DNA of 64,000 nucleotides from Clostridium sp. (GTDB lineage Bacteria; Bacillota; Clostridia; Clostridiales; Clostridiaceae): NCBI RefSeq assembly GCF_036569345.1, contig NZ_DATCQT010000090.1, positions 4,201 to 68,200 of the forward strand, read 5' to 3'. Shown piece by piece: positions 56,989 to 64,000 of this stretch (position 1 is its first letter; each line of letters starts with the position of its first letter). The notes under the pieces were generated by a model. It saw only the letters and a program-made list of their open reading frames with translations, ran no database searches and was not told where the DNA came from. The position numbers and the translations under genes were made by a program.

Positions 56989-57536
56989 TATCTAAAGTAT
57001 TAGATTCAAGAGGCAGTCAAGGTATCGGTGATATTATTAATTTGTTTAATATATATAAACAGGCTATATATCAATATAAGAATAAAATAGTATCAAATTT
57101 GAGTTCCAATATTAGCTTATCAGAAGAATTTTTAGGTTCATCATCTGAAGAGATAAATGATTATTTCAATTATGCTTATGAAGAATTAGAAAATGTCACT
57201 TGTTTAAGCTTATTATCTGCAGTAGAAGCAAAATTAAGAATAGATTATCAAAGCCGAGTTTATGAGAAAAAGAAGGATACGGTAAGCAGAAAATTCAGAG
57301 ATATATATAAAGAAAAAGGCGGTAAACCTCCACTCGATGAAGGCATCCTAAAAGCCTGGATGGACTCTTATCCAGAGTTAAAACATATCATAAACGACTA
57401 CAAAAGTGCTTTAAATTATCGAAATTGGTTAGCTCATGGTAGATATTGGGTACCCAAATTAGGTAGGAAATACGATATTGATATTATTTATTCTATCTCA
57501 GATAATATAATTAGTAATCTAATAAGTATTAATTAG
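56985..57536 (+). CDS. HEPN-like protein (putative RNase)
   Basis: Helical; LSLLSAVEAKLR N-motif and YRNWLAHG (R-x4-H). Confidence 0.7.
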   Translation: MISKVLDSRGSQGIGDIINLFNIYKQAIYQYKNKIVSNLSSNISLSEEFLGSSSEEINDYFNYAYEELENVTCLSLLSAVEAKLRIDYQSRVYEKKKDTVSRKFRDIYKEKGGKPPLDEGILKAWMDSYPELKHIINDYKSALNYRNWLAHGRYWVPKLGRKYDIDIIYSISDNIISNLISIN

Positions 57537-57669
57537 GTATTATAATCTATTTAATTTAAAATCAGTTAACTACATCAATATATGTACTTTACTAATTTCA
57601 AATAAAAAGAAAAAATCAACAGGTTGTTCCGAATATTCATTTATACTACGCTTTAGCCATTAGAATAAT

Positions 57670-57740
57670 GTCATGAAACCTAAACTTCACGACAAATAAA
57701 CTACTAAAAATAAATTTCAGTAGTTCATCCTCACCTAGCT
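57670..57740 (-). repeat. Dispersed repeat family, short copy
   Basis: gtcatgaaacctaaacttcacgac followed by aactactaaaaataaatttcagtagtt. Confidence 0.8.
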
Positions 57741-58240
57741 ACATTCTCTGATTCCTTTTATTAGGTGGCTGGCTCGTCACCTTAAAAGTTATTTTCCTTC
57801 TTTAATTAAGTTATGCGACAATACCAAAGCGCATTTTTCTGTAACAATTTCAGAAATATGTTTTGTTGCATATCCTAACCAAGCTATTATCAATATTGGG
57901 AAAAATAAAAAAAAGTCTTTCATGATTGCCCCCCTTTAAAATTATATTATCTATATAATATAAAGATTCTAATTATTTTTTTCATATTCCGTTTCCGCCT
58001 AAATTACTAATATTCTTGTTGATTAACCGTTTACACCTACCATACAAATCTTTAAAGGAACAATGAGATACTTGTTTCATTCAATTTGTCCAACTATAAA
58101 ATGTATTTCCTCATCTCCTTAAAATAATTATATCACTAAGTAATAATTCTATTTAAACTATCGTATTCTATTTTCTGCTATATTTCAACAAATAACGTCA
58201 TTCTAGAAAATAATACTAAATATACCCTATCAACTTTAAC

Positions 58241-58509
58241 TTATACTCTAGCCAACATGTTCTTTATACTATTAACAGATGATTCAACAAATGAAGAGAA
58301 TGTAGATTCACCATATAATTTCAAATATTCCTCATCAAATTCCTTCCTTTAGGATTGAGCAGTTCATAAATTATTCTACAAATTATTACTTCATCCGATT
58401 CAATATTAGCTATATCAAATATATTAAAGTATCCTCCGGTCTTTTGATAAATCAAATCATACTTTTTTGATATAGCCGAAATCTGTGCTAATAGAATCTT
58501 TATATTCAT
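58241..58509 (-). pseudogene. Internally deleted PD-(D/E)XK-family nuclease gene
   Basis: N-terminal KKYDLIYQKTGGYFNIF..DEVIICRIIYELLNPKG then a frameshift into EFDEEYLKLYG..MLARV*; catalytic middle absent. Confidence 0.55.
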
Positions 58510-58757
58510 AATATCCCCCTCCTACACTGAATCATTATATTTTCACTACTACACGCTACTTCATCATATATGCCACTAAAGTTTTCATTATATTTTAAAG
58601 TCTGAAGATACTTCATAAATGGTACTTTTAAATCATCTCTTTTTAAAGCAAACTCTACTGTGGCTTCTAGAAACCCTAATTTATCACCTACGTCATATCT
58701 TCTTCCTTCAAATACATATGCTACCTCTAACTTTTTGTTTCTATTTTTCCACATCAT
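58506..58757 (-). pseudogene. galU: C-terminal fragment of UTP-glucose-1-phosphate uridylyltransferase
   Basis: AYVFEGRRYDVGDKLGFLEATVEFALKRDDLK is the GalU C-terminus; N-terminal ~230 aa missing. Confidence 0.8.
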
Positions 58758-58845
58758 TCAAATAATTTTACCATATTTGACCTTATTATACAAACATCGA
58801 GGCGCCAGGATATGACTGAAAGCGCATCAGCTGTACCATCTTCAC

Positions 58846-59946
58846 CTAACTTCGCATTCCTAACATACCACCCACATTTGTTATTACACCTTTTAACTCC
58901 ATTATTGATATAGTTTCTAAAATATCGGACTTATCCTCTTGAATAACAAGTAACATTTCACCTAAAGACATAGGTTTTTCTTCTATTTGGATAAGTATAA
59001 TTTTTTCTAGCAATGTTAAATCATCATCTGTCGATACTGTATTTTCTTTTTTGTTATCTACCCTGGTCTTTAACATACAATCAACCAATAATTGAGAGGG
59101 TTTTAAATATATTTTAGCCCCTTCGTCAATTAATTTATTTGTGCCTACACTTTCTCTGCTATAAATACTATTCGGAGCCGCAAACACTTGTCTATTTTGC
59201 TCCTTTGCGTATGCTGCAGTCAAAAGGGATCCACTTTTTTCCCCTGCTTCCACCACTAAAAGTTTTGTGCTCCAAGCACTTATTAGTCTATTTCTCATTG
59301 GGAAATGATTAGCCTCTGGTTTTGTTCCTGGTGGGTACTCTGAAACAACCGCCCCTTTTTCTATAATTCTCTGCATAAGTTCTATATGTTCTTTTGGATA
59401 ACATATATCAAGACCACAACCTAATATAGCAACAGTATATCCACCTGCTTTTAGGCAAGCTGTATGAGCATACCCATCTATACCCTTTGCCATACCACTA
59501 ATAATTGGTATGTTATTTTTTGCTAAAAACTCAGCCGCATCCACTGTTATTCTTTTGCCATAATCAGTACATCTACGACTTCCAACAATAGATATTCCAA
59601 CACTATCTTTTATAATGTTTCCTTTATAATATAAAATAACTGGTGCTTTCTTAATATCCTTTACTTCAATTGGATATAAAGAATCTCCATATGTTAGTAT
59701 GTTTATATTTAATTTATTACATTCTTTTAGAACTTTTTCTGCGTTTGCTAAAGACTTAGAATTATAGATTATATCCGCAGTTGCCTTTCCTATCCCACTT
59801 ATGATTACAAGTTCAGATTTAGTAGCTTTGTAAATATTTAAAGGAGTTTCAAAAACATTCAATAATGCTTTTGCTATTACAGGACCTATACCATTAAGTT
59901 GTGATAGCCATAACCAATATATGGTGCTATTATTATATGTGACCAC
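58846..59946 (-). CDS. dprA: DNA-processing protein DprA (Smf)
   Basis: HhH-like GIG motifs, ISIVGSRRCTDYG, ISGMAKGIDGYAH, FPMRNRLISA, EAGEKSGSLLTA, GTNKLI, C-terminal winged helix. Confidence 0.93.
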   Translation of the reverse strand: MVTYNNSTIYWLWLSQLNGIGPVIAKALLNVFETPLNIYKATKSELVIISGIGKATADIIYNSKSLANAEKVLKECNKLNINILTYGDSLYPIEVKDIKKAPVILYYKGNIIKDSVGISIVGSRRCTDYGKRITVDAAEFLAKNNIPIISGMAKGIDGYAHTACLKAGGYTVAILGCGLDICYPKEHIELMQRIIEKGAVVSEYPPGTKPEANHFPMRNRLISAWSTKLLVVEAGEKSGSLLTAAYAKEQNRQVFAAPNSIYSRESVGTNKLIDEGAKIYLKPSQLLVDCMLKTRVDNKKENTVSTDDDLTLLEKIILIQIEEKPMSLGEMLLVIQEDKSDILETISIMELKGVITNVGGMLGMRS

Positions 59947-59947
59947 T

Positions 59948-61486
59948 CTATATCACCACCATATTCACTCGTTCCTTGTCCAAATCTCTACACATTAAGG
60001 CTTTTGCAATATGACGTTTGCTTAAATTCGCTTCACCATCCATATCTGCAAAGGTCCTCGCTACTTTTAAGAATTTATGAAAAGTCCTTGCACTATAATT
60101 AAATCTATCAAAAGCCATTTGTAGAAGTTTTTTGCTATCGTCCTCTAATATACAAAAGTCTTTAATTAAAGAGGGTGTCATTTCTGCATTTGAATTTATG
60201 CCCTCAACATTTCTATATCTTTCTCTTTGTATATTTCTAGCAAATTCCACCTTTTGTCTTAGTTCACTCGAACTAATTCCTTTAGAATTATCAGAAAGCT
60301 GTATGAAATCTACGGGTAAAACATATTTTTGAATATCTATTCTATCGAGCATTGGCCCTGATATTTTCTGCCTATATTTTAAAACTTCATAGTCCGTACA
60401 ATGGCATCTTTGTTGTCCATAATAACCACAAGAACAAGGATTCATAGCAGCTATAAGCATGAAACTTGCGGGATAAACATTGGTATATTTAACTCTAGCG
60501 ATAGTTACATTATTGTCTTCCATAGGTTGCCTTAAAGCATCTAAAGTTTTTTTATTAAACTCTGCAATTTCGTCTAAAAATAATACACCGTTATGCGCAA
60601 GCGAAATCTCCCCGGGCATAGCATTGTTTCCTCCACCTACAAGAGAGTTCATTGAAGCATTATGATGTGGTGCTCTAAAAGGTCTCTCTGTTATTAATGT
60701 GCCCTTATTTTTTAATACCCCTGACACGCTATATATTTTTGTTACTTCCAAAGCTTCGCTTTCCGTCATTGACGGTAGAATTGATGGTATCCTTTTAGCT
60801 ATCATTGATTTGCCACACCCAGGAGCTCCAGACATAATCAAATTATGTCCACCTGCTGCAGTTGCCACAATAAATTCTATAATAGCATCTTGGCCTTGGA
60901 CATCCTGAAAATCAAATAAGTATGGATTCTGTATTACATGATTGCATTTAAAATCTTCTAAAGAACTATAAGGACTTACCCCTTCCAAAAAAGAAATTAC
61001 TTCTGTAAGCTTTTCAAATCCGAAAATATTTATACCTTTTACTAAAGATGCCTCACGTATATTTTCCTTTGGAACAACTAAATTAGTAATTCCCCTTTTC
61101 TTAGCTTCTATTGTCATAGGTAGGATTCCCGAACATGCCCTTATATCTGCATTTAAAGAGAGTTCACCAATAAAACCAAAACTCTCAATTGCTTCTACAT
61201 TAATTTGTTTTGATTGTATTAATAGCCCTATTGCCATAGCTAAATCAAAGTGTGATCCACTCTTTTTGATATCTCCTGGTGAAAGATTTATAACAATCTT
61301 CATTCTTGGAAACTCATATTTAACATGAATAATAGCAGCTTCTAGTCTCTCCTTTGCTTCTTTTACAGAGGCGTCTCCAAGTCCAACAATTGATACAGAC
61401 GGCTGACCATATATAGTGTCCGTCTCAATTTTTACAACATACCCATCTATTCCGCTAATAGCAAATCCATTAACTACTGCTGCCAT
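59948..61486 (-). CDS. comM: ComM/YifB Mg-chelatase-like AAA+ ATPase
   Basis: KKSGSHFDLAMA, FIGELSL, GAPGCGKSM, RPFRAPHH, PGEISLAHNGVLFLDE, SGPMLDRID, KVARTFAD. Confidence 0.93.
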   Translation of the reverse strand: MAAVVNGFAISGIDGYVVKIETDTIYGQPSVSIVGLGDASVKEAKERLEAAIIHVKYEFPRMKIVINLSPGDIKKSGSHFDLAMAIGLLIQSKQINVEAIESFGFIGELSLNADIRACSGILPMTIEAKKRGITNLVVPKENIREASLVKGINIFGFEKLTEVISFLEGVSPYSSLEDFKCNHVIQNPYLFDFQDVQGQDAIIEFIVATAAGGHNLIMSGAPGCGKSMIAKRIPSILPSMTESEALEVTKIYSVSGVLKNKGTLITERPFRAPHHNASMNSLVGGGNNAMPGEISLAHNGVLFLDEIAEFNKKTLDALRQPMEDNNVTIARVKYTNVYPASFMLIAAMNPCSCGYYGQQRCHCTDYEVLKYRQKISGPMLDRIDIQKYVLPVDFIQLSDNSKGISSSELRQKVEFARNIQRERYRNVEGINSNAEMTPSLIKDFCILEDDSKKLLQMAFDRFNYSARTFHKFLKVARTFADMDGEANLSKRHIAKALMCRDLDKERVNMVVI

Positions 61487-62069
61487 TTACACTACCTCCT
61501 TGTATCTCATCAATCTTTATTTTAATATCGCTTTCTACAAAGTCCCTATATAACTTATGTTTATTATCTTCTTTAAAATATAATAAGATTGTTTCTGATG
61601 AAATAAGTTTATCCTTTTCCTCACCAATATATATTTTATAACTAGACCATTCATACTCTTCGGGCATTTTTACCATCTTTGCTCTAAATGGGTTTAAATG
61701 AATATATCTACTTGTCGTTAACATTTGTTTATCATCTTTAATTAATTCCGGAAAATATTTATCCTGCCATAAATGCCCTATATATTTATATTTTTTATTA
61801 AAGTAACGCGAATACATAGAATGTAATCTTCTTATTAAATCAGAAACCTCTTTATCATTAGCCTGTATTAATAAATGAACATGGTTTGTCATCAAGCAAT
61901 AACATATTAATTTATAGTTATATTTCTCATAATATTTTAAGCATTCTTTCATTAATATTAAATACATACCAAAATCAGCTTCGTCTCTAAATATATCGTT
62001 TCTATGATTTCCTCGCGATGTTATATGGTAACTTACTCCTGGAAACCATTCTCTTTTAGGTGTGACCAT
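61470..62069 (-). CDS. RAYT-like Y1/HUH transposase, overlapping the comM start
   Basis: PGVSYHITSRGNHRNDIF, YCLMTNHVHL, GHLWQDKY, YIHLNP, YEWSSY; 17-bp overlap with comM. Confidence 0.9.
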   Translation of the reverse strand: MVTPKREWFPGVSYHITSRGNHRNDIFRDEADFGMYLILMKECLKYYEKYNYKLICYCLMTNHVHLLIQANDKEVSDLIRRLHSMYSRYFNKKYKYIGHLWQDKYFPELIKDDKQMLTTSRYIHLNPFRAKMVKMPEEYEWSSYKIYIGEEKDKLISSETILLYFKEDNKHKLYRDFVESDIKIKIDEIQGGSVNGSSS

Positions 62070-62159
62070 AATTTTTTCTCCTTTTTTATAATTCTTTATA
62101 AATTATTGACGTAAAATTATAAGTCTAACCCAAATATAAAATATCACCAAATTTTATTT

Positions 62160-62312
62160 AATAAAAAAGCCACCGAAGTATAATTCTATACATTTCAGTA
62201 GCTTTCCTAGCTGACTATTGCCATTTCTTTTGTATCTATTCTTTTCACTCAACTTTTCATCCCAACCTCTTTACCTTAAATTCGCATCAGATATCCCACC
62301 TTCGCTTTGCTA
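62160..62312 (-). repeat. Dispersed repeat family copy upstream of the RAYT-comM-dprA operon
   Basis: caccgaagtat..atttcagtagc, ctgactattgcc, aaattcgcatcagatatcccaccttcgc. Confidence 0.7.
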
Positions 62313-62549
62313 ACAGAAAAAAGGATGCCTATAAGACATCCTTTCCATCAATTGGGATTTTTTTTGTTTTACTTGGTGATACCCTCTCACCAATTCATAC
62401 TTATATTATAACGTATACTTGATAAAAGTAAACACCCTTTAACCTTTTCTATTTTGAATTTAAAGGGTCTATTAATAACTATAAGTAATACGATGTTTTA
62501 ATAATACATTATTTTTTTACAAAATCCCTATAATGAATATTCTATAAAC

Positions 62550-62775
62550 GACGTGAAACCTAAACTTCACCACAAAAAAAACACTGAAATTATATTTCTA
62601 TAAATTTCTGTAGTTCTCTCTTCTGGCTATCACCAAGTTTTTTGTCTCTCTTTTACCAAACTTCTCATCTGCTTAATCCGCATCAGATATTCCATCTTCG
62701 CCTAGCTTCCGCGTTGGTCGTTCACCCCACGTTCACGACCACCGGGTATCCTTGGCAGACTAGGGTTCGTATCGC
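62550..62775 (-). repeat. Dispersed repeat family, longest copy, with an extra GC-rich hairpin
   Basis: gacgtgaaacctaaacttcaccac; ctggctatcaccaagttttttgtctc..catcagatattccatcttcgcctagcttccgc; ggtcgttcaccccacgttcacgacc at 62716-62740. Confidence 0.85.
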
Positions 62776-62792
62776 TAATAACTTGTAATGAT

Positions 62793-63053
62793 CTATTTTA
62801 CGGCTCTGCTTTCATTAATTACATTGCCTATCTTATTAATTGTTCCCTCTGTATGTGCAACTTTATAAGTAATATTATCAATCTCTGCTTTATGCGTAGC
62901 ATTACTATGTTCAATAGCATTTACAACAGAAAATATTTCATCCTGCCTTATTTCCATATTTTTTTGTCTTTCGTCCATGCCCTTTTGACTTTCTTCTATA
63001 ATATCTAATTTCTTCATCAACATTTCGAACATTTTCTTTGTTTCATTATCCAT
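62793..63053 (-). CDS. Small coiled-coil protein, paralog of 38097-38336 with a 7-aa insertion
   Basis: MDNETKKMFEMLMKKLDIIEESQKGMDERQ...; ~310 bp including upstream DNA duplicated. Confidence 0.8.
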   Translation of the reverse strand: MDNETKKMFEMLMKKLDIIEESQKGMDERQKNMEIRQDEIFSVVNAIEHSNATHKAEIDNITYKVAHTEGTINKIGNVINESRAVK

Positions 63054-63265
63054 TCTAAATCACCACCACTATTTTAATTTTCAAGTGAATTAATTATAAC
63101 ATCTTCAAACTTCTTTATCAACCTATAATAATTTACATCTTGCCAATATAACTTAAAGATTCATTTGTCTTTCTTATACTTTATTCTACTGTAATATCAT
63201 AACTTTATGATTTATAGATATCACATTAATTTTTCATTTACACTACTTATAACCATTAAAACAAT

Positions 63266-63345
63266 GTCATGAAACCCGCCCTTCACGCCCCAAAAACCAT
63301 AAAATATATACATTAATATTTTGTGGTTTCCTCCTTGCTACCGTT
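63266..63345 (-). repeat. Dispersed repeat family, short copy
   Basis: gtcatgaaacccgcccttcacgcc followed by aaccataaaatat/atattttgtggtt stem. Confidence 0.7.
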
Positions 63346-63804
63346 CCATTACAATCTTTTTCAATTTATTACCACCTCTTGTAATTCACACAAACCCTTA
63401 AGATATCTACATTGAAACATAAATATATATATATATTACAAAAATACAAAAATACTTTATTAATATAAGTACAAAAATGTCTTTATAAATGAATTTCAAA
63501 CTTTTAAAACTCTACTAGAGTGAATACCCCCCACGATAAATTTGTAATTCAATAAGTGAATTACTGATAAAGCCTTATAAATCAATGAATTAAGCTAATT
63601 ACATATCTCATATTTATTTACAAGATTACTATTATTAGAAATTTGACCTAATAATTTAATAATTTTGCTGCAAATCTCCAGCACAAGGTCATATATGTTT
63701 ACTGGAAGTGTAATACAAACACAATTTTTATTATTTTTCAGGGATTTATTCTAGAGATAATGCTTAGTGATCTAAGCCGAACAAAAGTAATTAGGGGGTT
63801 TTTT

Positions 63805-64000
63805 ATGGGAATCAAAATTACGCAAAGATGTATTAGTGAAATACACGACCATTTAAAAGAATATGTAATGGAACATAGCAGCAAAAATAAGAATAGGAAA
63901 TTTACTTGTTTTAATAAAAGTGCACATAATAATAAGGATGAAGATCCAAGTGCAGCAATTGTGCCTGGGAGCAGCGGAAGGTATTGGAACTGCTTTAGTT
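63805..64000 (+). CDS. N-terminus of a CHC2 zinc-finger primase-like protein (3' truncated; missing from ORF track)
   Basis: Hand translation MGIKITQRCISEIHDHLKEYVMEHSSKNKNRKFTCFNKSAHNNKDEDPSAAIVPGSSGRYWNCFS; C..H..D..PS..W.CF; RBS aggggg. Confidence 0.7.
   Translation, partial: MGIKITQRCISEIHDHLKEYVMEHSSKNKNRKFTCFNKSAHNNKDEDPSAAIVPGSSGRYWNCFS

Noticed and set aside
62700-62775. Group II intron 3' end or other catalytic RNA
   Set aside because: No domain V AGC/CGC triad hairpin and no reverse transcriptase gene; kept as part of the repeat family.
63421-63437. (AT)n run
   Set aside because: Short, intergenic and unremarkable in an AT-rich genome.

Overview
AT-rich chromosomal window from a Clostridium (sensu stricto-like) genome. 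An ice-binding-domain gene suggests a cold-adapted lineage (inference). 1-17 kb is mostly core: murT-gatD, two HTH-TPR regulators, an orphan PAS histidine kinase, RNase H, ftsH, a rhomboid protease, HD-GYP, Fur, pepD, mntP and corA. 17-32 kb is a cell-surface locus. Six exported proteins share one ~90-aa N-terminal module fused to different passengers (S-layer-like, LRR, glucosaminidase, Ig, ice-binding); a SLAP-domain gene lies among them, and ECF-type promoter motifs recur upstream. 32-47 kb is accessory: a REP-flanked RAYT transposase, a c-di-GMP-II riboswitch, an ABC exporter, acyltransferases, a transglutaminase, a LexA-box promoter driving an unannotated zinc-ribbon gene, two attenuator-like RNAs and two sigma-like genes, and a 1331-aa Sel1/YeeR-like protein between 38-bp direct repeats. 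47-55 kb is a sorD-sorE sugar cluster with an ABC importer and an ADP-dependent kinase but no PTS genes. 55.5-64 kb is a repeat-punctuated mosaic. It holds the top candidate novel system: a coupled Y1/HUH transposase-comM-dprA operon, with a collapsed second copy, a dispersed hairpin repeat family, a HEPN gene pair and gene fragments. The window ends in the start of a CHC2 zinc-finger primase-like gene. All family calls come from motif recognition; no database searches were run.
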